This document shows, piece after piece, positions 1 through 12,013 of a stretch of 64,000 bases of DNA (within the stretch, counting starts at the first letter, position 1; each line of letters begins with the position of its first letter). Below the pieces are notes generated by a model. That model saw only the letters and a program-made list of their open reading frames with translations, was not told the origin of the DNA and ran no database searches. The position numbers were made by a program, and so were the translations under genes. The stretch comes from Mobula hypostoma (taxonomy: Eukaryota). The stretch covers positions 72,852,001 to 72,916,000 of the forward strand of contig NC_086108.1 of NCBI RefSeq assembly GCF_963921235.1, written 5' to 3'.

Positions 1-284
1 CTCGGGCCAATAAGAACAGGCAATAAATGCACATCTCGCCAGTGTTGTTCACACCTAGTCAGTAAATGGCTTAAAAGATGAATAGAAGAAAACATCTGTA
101 GACCAACATCCAGATTGATTATCTTTACCAGTCAATGTAGACATGCAAAATAAATCCAGAAAGATGACAGTGACCAAGGCAAACATCATCCAAAGTAAAG
201 GAACAGCCTTTTGAATCCATATCTAGATTAATAAACTACTAGGATTTTTGGGGAATGCCTCGACCGAGCAGTTCCTTGCCATTA

Positions 285-1005
285 CAGCATAGAATGCTGA
301 ACAGTGCAATGTAGTACAGACCCTTCAGCCCATTATATTTCTAACCTACCCTCCCACATAGCTCTCCATTTTTGTTTCATCCATGTGCCCAAGGGTCTCT
401 TAAATGCCTTTAATGTTTCTGCTTCTACCACCACTCCTGACAGCACGTACCATACACCTCTGTGGGGAGAAAACACGTGTCTCTGACGTCCAGCCTCTAT
501 ACTTTCCCTCCAGCTGCTTACATCATGCCCCCTTGTATTAGCCATTTCTGCTCTGGGTAAAAGCCTCTGACTATCCACTCAATCTATGCCTTTTATCATA
601 CACTGTACACCTCTATCAAGTCACCTCTCATCCTCCTTCTCTACAAAAAGAGAAGTCCTGGTTCAGTCAACCTATCCTCATAAGACATGCTTTCTAATCC
701 AGGCAGCATTCTGCTAAATCTCACCTGAATCATTTCTAAAGCTTCCACATCCTTCTTATAATGAAGTGGCCAGAGCTGAACACAATACTCCAAGTGTGAT
801 CTATGCAGAGTTTTATGGAGCTGCAAACATTACCTCTTGCCTCTTGAACTCAATCCCCCAACTAATGAAGGCCAACACACCCATGGCTTCTTAACCAGCT
901 TTTTCACTTGCGCTATAAAATTTAGGGATCTATGGATGTGAACCCCCAATTCCTCAACGCCATTAAGAACGGTGCCCTTAACCCCGTACTCTGCCTTTAT
1001 GTTTG
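285..1005 (-). mobile_element. CR1 LINE, 5'-truncated 3' end (decayed)
   Basis: ORF 641..826 reads HLEYCVQLWPLHYKKDVEALE..RFSRMLPGLESMSYEDRL, the CR1 ORF2 C-terminus; followed by a CR1-type 3' UTR. Confidence 0.85.
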
Positions 1006-1184
1006 ATTAATTATGTTTTACTGCTGTATGATGATGGGCAAACCAGAAAAGCCTTGTTTATTCCTTCCTGACTTTTATTCTCATCAGAAATGTAGGTTGG
1101 AGGCACAGAATTTAGCACTGGAAACTTCAGCTTAGGAAAGGAAAATATAACTAGAGGTTGTATTCTTGGCAGCTATTATTTTCT

Positions 1185-1290
1185 AAACACAAGAGATTCT
1201 GCAGATGCTGGAAATCTTGAGTGATTGGTATAAATTGCTGGAGAAGCTCAGCAAGACAGGCAGCCTCCATGGAGAGGAGGAAACAGTCGT
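1185..1290 (-). mobile_element. Penelope-like element pLTR/tail fragment
   Basis: acacaagagattctgcagatgctggaaatc..tgctggagaagctcagc is the reverse complement of the terminus at 11940-12013 and 43740-43825. Confidence 0.7.
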
Positions 1291-2825
1291 CCAAAGTTGT
1301 TGTCTTGTAAGAACATGAATGAATCTTTGTTTGGTGGCCATCCTGGTCAAATAGCTTCTTTTAGCTCAATGCCCGGGTAGACACCTGAGCAAGATGTCAG
1401 AGAGAGGATCCACACAGAGACCCATTTTGGAGAGAGAGGCCATGCACGAGAGGATATGGGAGGATGCAGCTGCACACGGGGGATATTGGAGCATGAAACT
1501 GTACACAAGAGGATGTTAGAGGGTGAGGATATTGGAGGGCAGAATTGTATGCAGGAGGTTTTTTTGCAGAACTACATGTGACAAATACTATATGTCCCAA
1601 GGACATTTTGTTTTGAACCACCGCAAAAATCCTTGCCTTTTAAGGAAAATTTTAAGCATAAGGAGTTACAAATTACTACATTAAATATAAGCTACCTGCA
1701 TTTTACTCCCGAGCACAAGAACCTGTCTGTGTTGTTTTCAGTCCTGATTTGACAACAACAGGAATAGTTTGTATTTTCATGTGAGCCTCTGGGCATGTTG
1801 GAAGTATTCTGTCATTTTTTGGGAGTGGAAATATCCATCTAGATTTTAGCAGTGAGGAGTTGAAGAGGGTCTTTGCTCAATATGTCATTCCTATCTTTAA
1901 TGAAATGTTCTAAAGTCTTTCAAACTGCCTATACTTTAGTGAGCTGCACTCAATAGTTTTGAATAAATGGTCATGCCTGATCTTAGCTAGTAACTGGCTT
2001 GGTAAACAGCAATACAATCTTACAGGACCAAGGACCAGAAATTTGTCTAATCACTAACCACACCATTAAACCAGTGCAATTTCTCAGAACACCCATTTCA
2101 CTGCTGAAATCTGGTTCTATTGAGCAAAGTAGAACCCAACTTTGAGAAAGAAATGAAACCCTATATTATGGTTCCTGTTTAGTGCAAGTAACCAGAGACA
2201 AACTTAGTGTCCACCCTTGCCATTTTCATTCAGGTGTAAAAATATGCAGACGTGCTTTAAGTGGATCTGTTGGAAGCAGCAGAATTTGTAATCTCCATCC
2301 ACACACTTGGCTAAATTCCCCAGCACACTAAAAGCTTCAGCCTGTACTTTATCAGACACACAGAAAGATTGAATTCTTGGGAAGATTTTGATTAGAAAGG
2401 GCCAGATGATGTCTGCTACTAAATGATTTAAGTGCTTAGAGAAACATGACAGCTCCTCACTATCATTCTTCTTGGTTGTCATCAGGTAAATCATTGCACA
2501 CAGCATTTGTTGTGAAGACTGCACTATACTGAGAATTTCAATTGCAATTATCTCCCAGTTCCTTGCGAGAGCAATTGCATGGTGAAAGAATAGAAATGAC
2601 ACTTAAAGAATCTGCTCTTTTGGGTATCTATGGGCTACCGATTTGAAGATATTGGAAATGCTAAGAAGCCTTCATTGAAGAGAATGTAATTGACTTTTTG
2701 CCAACCATGTATAGTAAGAAGTTGCAAGTTACTTAAGGCCAGATTCTGATTTGTGTGGCATCTGTAGAAATCCATCACTTACCATTTCTTTGTCCTTTAC
2801 CTGATTCAGCTCAGCCATACAGTTT

Positions 2826-2929
2826 TGAAGAAGGTCTCGGCCCGAAACACCGACTGTTTACTCTTTTCCGTAGATGCCGCCGAGATGCTGTTAGTTCTGC
2901 TGAGTTCCTCCAGCATTTTGTGTTTGTTG
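2826..2929 (+). mobile_element. Short PLE-derived insertion with partial hammerhead motif
   Basis: gaagaaggtctcggcccgaaacaccgactg..ctgagttcctccagcattttgtg; flanked by 14-bp duplication cagccatacagttt (2812-2825, 2930-2943). Confidence 0.8.
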
Positions 2930-2996
2930 CAGCCATACAGTTTACACATATGTCATTGTCCATAAACTTGGCTGTATATTTGCTGTATTTGGCTGT

Positions 2997-5324
2997 ATGG
3001 CCAAGGTTGACTGGAAAGGGACACTAGCAGGAAGGACAGCAGAGCAGCAACGGCTGGAGCTTCTGTGAAAAATGAGGGAAGTGCAAGACAAATATATTCC
3101 AAATAAGAAGAAATTTTCGAATGGAAGAAAGATATTACCGGAAGCCAAAGTAAAATCAAAAATGAAGGCATACAAGGAAGCCAAAGCTAGTGGGAAGATG
3201 GAGGATTGGGAAACTTTTAAAAACTTGCAGAAAGAAACGAAGAAGGTCATTAGGAATGAAAAGATGAATTATGAAAGGAAGCTGGCGACTAATATCAAAG
3301 AAGATACTAAAAGCTTTTTAAAGTATATAAAGGGTAAAAGAGAGTTGAGGGTAGATATAGGACCAATAGAAAATGGCGCTGGAGATATTGTAATGAGAGA
3401 CGCAGAGATGGCAAAGGAACTGAATGCGTATTTTGTATCAGCCTTCACAGTGGAAGACATCTGCAGTATACTGGACATTCAAGAGTGTCAAGGAAGTGAA
3501 GTTTGTGCAGTGAAAATTACGACTGAGAAGGTGCTCAGGAAGTTTAATGGTCTGAGGGTGGATAAATCTCTTGGACCTGCTAGAATGCACCCTTGGGATC
3601 TGAAGGAAGTAGCTGGAGAGATTGCGGAGGCATTAACAATGGTCTTTCAGGAATTGATAGATTCTGGCATTGTGCCAAGTGACTGGAAAATTGTAAATGT
3701 TACTCTGCTATTTAAGAAGGATGGGAGGCAGCAGAAAGGAAACTTATAGACCTGTTAGCCTGACATCAGTGTTGGGAAGTTGGAATCAATTGTTAGGGAT
3801 GAGATTGTTATGGAATACCTTTAGGCACATGACAAGATAGGCCAAAGCCAACATGGTTTCCTGAAAGGAAAGTCCTGCCTGACTAGCCTACTACAATATT
3901 TTGAGAAAATTACTAGCAGGGTAGATAAAAGAGGCAGTAGATGTGGTGTACTTAGATTTTCAGAAGGCCTTTGACAAGGTGCCACACATGAAGTTGTTTA
4001 GCAAGATAAGAGCCCATGCAATTACAGGGGAGTTATTAGCATGTGTGGGGCATTGGCTGATTGGCAGAAAACAGAGAGTGGGAATAAAGGGATCCTACTC
4101 TGGCTGGCTGTCTGTTACCAGTGGAGTTCCACAGGGGTCAGTGTTGGGACCACTGCTTTTTATGATATATGTCAATGATTTGGACTATGGGATTAATGGA
4201 TTTATGGCTAAATTTGCTGATGATGCAAAGAAAGGTAGAGGAGTGGGTAGTGTTGAGGAAACAGAGTCTGCAGAGAGACTTAGATAGTAAGGGGAATAGG
4301 CAAAGACGTGGCAAATGAAATACAATGTTGGAAAGTGTATGCTCATGCACTTTGGTGGAAGAAGAACTTTACAACTCCTCCCTTGGAGGGTCAGACACCC
4401 TGAGGCAATAGGCTAGTCCTGGACTTATTTCCTGGCATAATTTACATATTACTATTTAACTATTTATGGTTTTATTACTATTTATTATTTATGGTACAAC
4501 TATAACAAAAACCAATTTCCCTTGGGATCAATAAAGTATAACTATGTCTATGACTAAGTAAATGAGCAGACTATTATTTAGATGGGGAGAGAATTCAAAA
4601 TGCAAAGGGACTTGGGAGCCCTTGCAAAGGACACCCTAAAGGTTAACCTCCAGGTTGAGTCAGTGATGAAGAAGTTGAATGCAATTTTGGTATTCATTTC
4701 TAGAGGTACAGAATGTAAGAGCAGGGATGTGATGTTGAGGTTCTATAAGGCACTTGTGAGACCACACTTGGAGTATTGTGTGCAGTTTTAGGCTCCTTAT
4801 GTTAAAGAAAAGATATACTGACATTGGAGAGGGTTCAGAGAAGATTCATGAGAATGATTCCAGGAATGAAAGGGTTACCGTATGAGGAACATCTGGCAGC
4901 TCTTGCGCTGTATTCCGTGGAGTTCAGGAGAATGAGGGGGGACCTCATAGAAACATTCAGAATGTTAAAAGGCCTAAACAGATTAGGTATGGCAAAGTTA
5001 TTTCCCTTGGTAGGGGAGCCTAGAACAAGAGGGCACAATTTCAGGATTGAAGGATGTCCACTTAGAACATGGTTGTGGAGAAATTACTTTACTCAGAGGG
5101 TGGTAAGTCTGTGGAATTGGTTGCCATGAGCAGCTGCGGAGGGCAAGTCCTTGGGTGCCTTTAAGGCAGAGATAGGTTCTTGATTAGCCAGGGCATCAAA
5201 GGGTATGAGAAGAAGGTAGGGGAGTGGGGATGACTGGAAGATTTGGATCAGCCCATGATTGGATGGCAGAGCCAACTTGATGGGCCGAATGGCCTGATTC
5301 TGCTCCTATATCTTATGGTCTTAT
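2997..5324 (+). mobile_element. CR1 LINE ORF2 (RT) pseudogene plus 3' UTR, 5'-truncated
   Basis: ORFs 3072..3749, 3943..4287 (YLDFQKAFDKVPH, GVPQGSVLGPLLF, KFADD), 4582..4791, 4824..5129; ends in tcttatggtcttat tail. Confidence 0.95.
4364..4555 (+). mobile_element. Rex1/Babar LINE 3' end nested in CR1
   Basis: Interrupts CR1 RT; LYNSS codons, AT-rich UTR, aatttcccttgggatcaataaagta and (ctatga)-like tail; same terminus type as 51914-52432. Confidence 0.7.
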
Positions 5325-7332
5325 TCGCAAAAAGGAAGACAACCTTTTTGCGGATGAAGATTGACACAAGAGCTGAGATGGATAATCAAGGCTTGTTGAC
5401 TGAGAACATAATTTGATTCGAGACTAGGTGTTGGATAATTTCTTCTGTAGAAAAGGTGCAGTAGCCTTTTATTCCAGGGTTGGATTTTGTGTCAAATTCA
5501 CATTGACATTTTTCTCCAACCATTTCAGAGTTCTCTGTAAAAGGTGACCTGAAAAATGTTGACTTTTTCTTTAATCTCTGATTGCTCTCGAACAATATCC
5601 AAAATGTAAGCAGTGAAGTTGGTATGCATTCCTCCATTTCATTTCACTCCTTTCCAATATGTGGGTGAAACTGAGACAGCCTAGAGGGAACATTAAGTTA
5701 GGGGACTTTTGATTCTGTTCAATCTTCTATGTTTAGTCTCTATTGAAATTGAGATTCAAACTACATATCTGCATATCTAAATGTGTATTATAATAACATT
5801 CAAAAGACAAAAATATGTCATCCTTTATAGTTCCTGTAATTTGTACCTCAACAGCTCTGGGCACCTATGGTCTCTGGCATCTTAAGGCTTTGAAGTTGGC
5901 AGAGCAAGCAATCAATTGCAGTTGTCAGATACATGAACATTTCTTTTGGAACGTTCATTCAGCAACACAAAAGTTGCTGGTTGCCTACGCAGTGAAGGGG
6001 CTGCCACCATTCACCCTTCTAGTTGTGAAGACCAACAAAAAGTCCAAGCTGGAAAATTGGTTGATGGCTGAAGCCTGTGTGTATGACAGACAGAGGGACA
6101 TCAATATGATGCATGCAATTCCATGCCACAAAAGCCAGTGTCTAGGATATTAACCAGTGTTCACAATATGGCAGTCTTGCTGAAATCCTGTTAATGGCTG
6201 ACAGGATTTTCAGGCAAAAAAAAATCATGATTTATTCCCAATTCTTCAGATAATAATAAGACAGGAACTCGGTTCATCTTGCTTTGTCTGCAGTGTGCAT
6301 AAACTTTTTTTTTGCAAACACATAATTACTTGGATCTCTGTCTTTTGTCTTCCAAAACATTCCTGGCGCTGACTCTTCCTCTGCTTGTTAGTGTATTTCA
6401 ATAAAACTGTTAAGTGCACATCACGTTAATAGTTCCCCACTCTGCATTAATGCTGATTTTTTTATTTGGGGAAGAAGTTTGAGGGCAAAGTTGAGCATAA
6501 AATGTTTGCAAGTGTTCAGTCAGAAACTGAGTCCTGCTTTGTATCACCCAGTCAGTCCTTAACATAACTATCAACTATACATACCGCAGAAGCTTCTTAT
6601 AAGCAATAAGGGCAATGCCAATCTCCAAGCAGTGTGCCTCTGTTAAAATCTCTCTCACAAGACTTTGGCAGGAGTACGGATTGAGCTTTAATCAGAGGAT
6701 TTATGAAAAGGCACAGCAAACGTGATTGTAGTTTAACATCACCACCACCTCTCTATCTCTACAAAATTGTTCATTTCCCGCTTGCCAAAGACAGGAAGAT
6801 AAACTCATCCACCTCAACTTTATTTTTGGCAAATTCTTTTGAATGATTCAGTTGAGTTCATCCTCAGAGCTAGCACTGACACCAGTTCACCAAACTAGCT
6901 TTTGTGCCATTAAATTTCATTGAGGAGAATATTTAGCTCAGGAAAGGTCATGATTGAGAATCACTCTGCTCAGCATTTAGAGTACAAGACACACAAAAAT
7001 CCAAGAATGATTCTTATCTTACAATCCTGTGTGTATATTACAGGTAAAGTTCATCCATCAACTTCATGCACTCCACAGTCAATTCATAACTTCACCAGCA
7101 AGAGGTACTAGTAAATAATCAAATTCCCAACAATTGATTGATTATAGAATGAATGGCCCTGACTATTGCTTCCTAAATTAATTGGCAAGTAATTTGATAT
7201 TGCATCCTACCACCCCTCCCTGACTCCAACCCCCAGTTTCAAATTTTATATAAGCATTTCAAGATGTCTGGAATAAAGCAAAATTTTTCTTTGGAAATAT
7301 TAAATAGGCACCATTAGTTATACAAAAGTCCA

Positions 7333-7512
7333 AAAGCTGCAGGTACTGGAGATCTGACATAAAAGCAGAAGTTGCTGGAAACACTTAGCAGGTCGGGCAA
7401 CATTCAGGAAAGTGAAATGGTTACCATCTCGGGTCCAGGATCATTGTTGTTAAACCAGACCTGAGAAAAGTGCTTTGAACCTGGAATGTCAACTGTTTCT
7501 CTTTCTATGGGT
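7333..7512. mobile_element. Old PLE-derived fragment(s), apparently inverted
   Basis: ctgcaggtactggagatc..gctggaaacacttagcaggtcgggcaacat is a diverged pLTR end, followed by a decayed ctga..gaa..tgtcaactg motif. Confidence 0.5.
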
Positions 7513-7654
7513 ATTAATTTGATGATACCCTATGGAATTTTGAACATTTGTAACATCAACTGATGGTAACCTAAAACTCTTATGCTCTATAGGTTCAATC
7601 TTTTCTTGAGTGATATTTTACCGATTATCTACCAAAACAAATGCAAATCAGAAA

Positions 7655-7950
7655 TTTAAGATTAGCCTTATTTGTCACATGTACATCAAAGCTTTGAAAA
7701 TTCAGTAAAATGCATCATTTGCATCAGATCAGATCAGCGAGGGTTGTTCTGAGCAGTCCACAGGTGTCACCATACTTCCGGCAGCAATGTAACATACCTA
7801 CAACTCACTGTACATCTTCAGAATGTGGAAGGAAACCAGAGCACCTGGAGGTCACAAGGAGAATCTCCTTACAGATAGCGGTGAGAATAGAACGCCAGTC
7901 CTACAACTGGCAGTGCAATGCCTTGCTCTAGCCACAGTGCTACTGTGCCA
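7655..7950 (-). mobile_element. tRNA-derived SINE with Rex1-type tail (decayed)
   Basis: gaatgtggaaggaaaccagagcacctggag central domain; tRNA-like head near 7880-7950; ttatttgtcacatgtacat tail. Confidence 0.6.
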
Positions 7951-8059
7951 ACCCGGCTTGTCCCCTTGCTTTGAACATTACCAATGTAAGAAGCATTGGG
8001 AAGTTAATAATGTATTAATGGAATATCATTTGTGTAGAAGGTATTGCAATAACGATGCA

Positions 8060-8985
8060 GTTGGATAAATAGGAGCTGATCAGGGAAAGTCAGGTGGATT
8101 TGGAAGTTCATGTTGAATACCTGGAGTGTGGTATTAACATAGTTAGAGCAAGGAATGCAGATACTGTAATGGACAGATACACAGATCAGCAGGATGTGGT
8201 CGGGATTGCTCAGGGATATGTGGGCAGTGCAGTTGCCCCCAGCATTTTAAAATGATTAACCTGAAGGAAGGAATGCAAAATCACATCATGCCAATGTAAT
8301 GGTAATATAGTAGAGCAAATAACATAGATGTACAATCAAAGGGTGTTCATAGATTAGGTAGGTGTCAAATTAAATTCTGTGAGGTGCAATGTGAATCTAG
8401 TGATATTGGATTAAAACATTCTGATTTATAAATGTGGAAAAAATGGGGACTATAGATCAGCATAGTGATCCTGGGGTCCAGGTGTAGAAATTATTAACAG
8501 TTGGCTGGCAGGTAGTAAAAATAAAGTCAATATTTTATCAGCTTCTATAAATTATGGAAGAGCTGGAATACGTAGAAATCAGAAAGATTAAATTGAGAAG
8601 ACAGGTTATAGATATAAGGGTTATAACCACAAGGTGATAGAAAATGTGATCTAATTGAGGTGTTTAAGATGTTTGAAAGATTTTCATGGGTAGTTGAAGC
8701 AAGATACTTCTGTGGTGGGAGACTACGAGGCAAAGGGAAGAACCTTAATATTATGGAGCAGCAGTTTAGGAAACACTTATTAACACACGGGGTAGTGAAA
8801 ATCCACAACATAATCAATCCTGTCTTTCTCTCCTCGGAATAGAAAAATAGCTTTTATCAGATTTCTCATAGCTCGAATTTTAGACCAAAGGCAGCCATAT
8901 GGGGTTAAGATGAACATAAGCCATTACATAATTAATTAGCATAATTGGTTAGAGTAGTTGATAACCTTCTTCTGTTTCTGTATTC
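8060..8985 (+). mobile_element. Very old CR1 LINE remnant
   Basis: Decayed RT and C-terminal motifs, e.g. gatctaattgaggtgtttaagatg (DLIEVFKM) and ORF 8660..8842. Confidence 0.6.
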
Positions 8986-9337
8986 CCAAATTCTTTAAGC
9001 AAAATCGTTACAAAGTTGAAGGGTGATTGGGTAGTATCTTCCATAAAGGCCCATTAATAACAAAACACAGTGCTTAGATTTAATAACAGTGATTTAAGTC
9101 TTGTGTATCAGAGTTCTGCCGTCATCCTCCAAAACAGGTTTTGTGAAATCAGGATCTCTCAGTTGACTAAAGGAGGAGCATAAAATGTCTCCTTTTACTG
9201 CATCAGGCAGAAAGAAGAAAATACACATTTTTGCTACCTCAGTTCAAACCTTCAATCACTTCAGTAATCCATCGCATGGCGAAAGATAAAGGACAAGGAG
9301 TGTCCATCTAGATTTGATTCAGAACTGCTCTTATTTG

Positions 9338-9365
9338 CTCTCACTTTCTCTCACTCTCTCTCTCT

Positions 9366-9394
<29 letters not shown>
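9338..9394. repeat. Compound (CT)n/(CA)n microsatellite
   Basis: ctctctctctctc followed by acacacacac... Confidence 0.95.
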
Positions 9395-9397
<3 letters not shown>

Positions 9398-10873
9398 CTC
9401 TACATATCGTTTTTTTCTGTTTAGTGAAAAATTCAATTATATTTTGAAAAGAAAAATTAAATTTAACATTAAACAAGCAACCATTATTTTCAGAAGAAGT
9501 AGTAAAATGAGTTGTGAATCTCTACTGCTCCTGAAAGAAGACTTGAGTTTGTTTAAAACTTTTTAAATTCTGGTTGGGTGACTTTTTACACACTTCAACA
9601 TTAAGTAACTTCATGGGAGGTGGAAAATTGTCTTCAAGTCACAAGAAGCACTAATTTGAATAGAGGTATTCTGATGGAAGCATTTCTGCAAATGGTAACT
9701 TCACATGAGAAAGGAAAACAACCTTCTTGACCTTTTATTCCTCTCAGAAATTTCTTCACTCAGGTCTTCAGCTGAAATTTTACCTGACTCTCAAACAACA
9801 TACAGCCAAAATTAAAAGCTCTGTAGGATTTGGCTATATTTTCATTCAAACTAAACTTCAGTCTTAAAAAAAATGTACACAGGATACAAAAACCAGTAAT
9901 TGGTTTTATTTACATTCATAGTCTCATCCAACTTGCATTATATATTAATAGCATTGGCAATCTATTACACTTGTATTTTCGTTAGTACATCCATGTACAA
10001 AGCACCAGGTCCACTCATTACGGTCCATTTGAACAATATCTTCAGGTATTTGTGGGGGTAGTTGGTGTGGATGGTTGTATCAGACTCAGCCCCTCAGTAT
10101 CTAGTGGCAACTACATTCTAGATTACAGTCCTTCCCCACAAAGCATCCGTATTGGATATAACAAGCTTAAGTGCTTCCCATAGCATGTGCTCTAGCAACC
10201 TGGAAATGACCACATGGCAACATTTATTCATGGACATTTTGTACTGGAAAACCAACAAGCATCCTTCGTTGAGCAGATGATCTTCCAACTGTAGCTGACG
10301 TTTGTCCCTGTATGGACCTTTGGTAACAGCCCTGTAGATAACAGAGTCTCTGATATACAGCAGCTCAGGTTGAAGCAAGGACCCTTACATATTTTAAGGC
10401 CCTCTTTGCAAACACACAGATCATAAAAAAGGTGGGTGATCGACTCATATTCATTGCAACCATCCTAAGAACAGCATACATTGGGAATGAGACACTAATT
10501 CACTAATTGTGCAGGAAGGATCTGACTGCTGAGCTCCTCTCATTGCCAGTTAAGTAAGGCCTTGGTGCTTATTTCTGAGTTCTGGTGATGATACATTCTG
10601 CCAAATAGTTTTGATGGTCTTCTAGGGGAACTATCTCACAAGATCCATTGTGTTCTCCATCGTTGGCTACCTGCAGGGCACACCCTGCTGAAGCGATATT
10701 GATTAAAGGTGCTTTCCCACGAATAACAGACCACCTTTTCACTTCCTAATTAATATATCTTTTAAGATTTAAAAAAGGACAAATCAAAAACTACAACAGC
10801 CATGCCACAAGAAACATTGTTTCATAAAGTAATTTCTCACACAGATGCATACACATTTTCATTGTGCAGAACA

Positions 10874-11153
10874 GAAGAGCCCAAGCAGTTCGATCACTCA
10901 TACCAACAATAAGAGAAAGACAACTCAGATTCCTAGGACACATCATGTGGAAAGATGAACTAGAAAAACTCATACTCTCTGGAAAGATTGAGGGAAGTTA
11001 ACCTAGAGAAGACCTTGGCTTACGTACATCAAAAGCATAGCCAGGTGGCTACACATCGAGGAAATGGAAGTCATCCAAAAAACGAAGGATAGATCTATAT
11101 GGAAAACCATGGTCACCAAAGTCTGCATCAGATATGATACCTAGACAGACAGA
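10874..11153 (+). mobile_element. RTE-clade LINE 3' end
   Basis: Reads IRERQLRFLGHIMWKDELEKLILSGKIEG..KTKDRSIWKTMV; (caga)n tail; imperfect TSD cagaaca(g/a)aaga at 10867-10878 and 11154-11165. Confidence 0.85.
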
Positions 11154-11841
11154 CAGAACAAAAGAACACCCACCCTAAATTATGCCCCAAGATAGTTTTA
11201 ATTAGTGTTGCCTTTTGAACTTCCTTTAGAAGGAAATCCCTTAGGTGAAAAATTGTGGGAGTTGAATAGCTTCAATATATTTGAATATCCTTGGAAATGA
11301 AATGCATTGTACGTACTCCAAGTTCACAGTCCAGCAGCTCTAAATCTAACTTTGGGCAAAAACATTGAGACTGTCTAATCATTTGGGAAAGCCTTTGGCC
11401 TTCAGATTAAAATTTCAACAAAGAGTAGTTTATGTTGTGAATAATATAATTGTGCCTAATGCCATGATTTTGGGACAGAAAATTTCAATTTATTCAGAAA
11501 AGTAACACAACTTAAAGAGTTTGTGAATATTCAGTGATTAGATTGCTCAGTATCAGTTGTGGACCAGAAACTCAGTCAGTAGATTAATGATTGTGAAATG
11601 AGCTGAAGTTGATTTGAGGATAAAGCCCTCTGAAAAATGTAAGGAGAAAATAACACCCTTGCTTTCATAATATTTTCATTTTCAGCATCTTGAAGAGGGC
11701 ATTCATCCTTAAAAAGTAGCATAATCACAAAAATTGGAAAACCACAGAGGGGGATATGTCATGCCAGAGCAAAATGCTACATTGACAATTTACTAAACTG
11801 TTCAGTTGGAGATGAGATGTTCAGAACTGCTTTTGATTTGG

Positions 11842-12013
11842 GCAACACACACAAAATGCTGGAGGAACTCAGTAGGACAGGACGCATCTATGGAAAAAAA
11901 GTACAGTCGATGTTTCGGGCTGAAACCCTTAAGCAGGACTGGCCTGCTGAGTTCCTCCAGCATTTTGTGTATGTTGCTTGTATTTCCAGCATCTGCAGAT
12001 TTTCTCTTGTTTG
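11842..12013. mobile_element. Short PLE-derived insertion with inverted pLTR arms
   Basis: Arms 11842-11880 and 11939-11977 are inverted copies; TSD tgctt(t/c)tgatttgg at 11828-11841 and 12014-12027. Confidence 0.85.
11904..11941 (-). ncRNA. Degenerate minimal hammerhead ribozyme motif (PLE type)
   Basis: Minus strand: cagtc CTGCTTA a gggt-ttca-gccc GAAA c ATC gactg; helices I and II pair but the CUGANGA core is mutated. Confidence 0.55.

Noticed and set aside
2204..2602. 132-aa minus-strand ORF in non-repeat DNA
   Set aside because: Non-ATG start, no recognisable domain and no partner exons; an ORF of this length can arise by chance. BLASTX or RNA-seq would settle it.
3072..3749. 225-aa ORF as a functional gene
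   Set aside because: Fragment of a frameshifted, 5'-truncated CR1 ORF2
6180..6213. Short hairpin aaatcctgtta..tgacaggattt (similar one at 32880-32915)
   Set aside because: Too short for a pre-miRNA and no supporting context
10585..10692. Box C (gtgatga) and box D (ctga) spaced like a C/D snoRNA
   Set aside because: No terminal stem and no recognisable antisense guide
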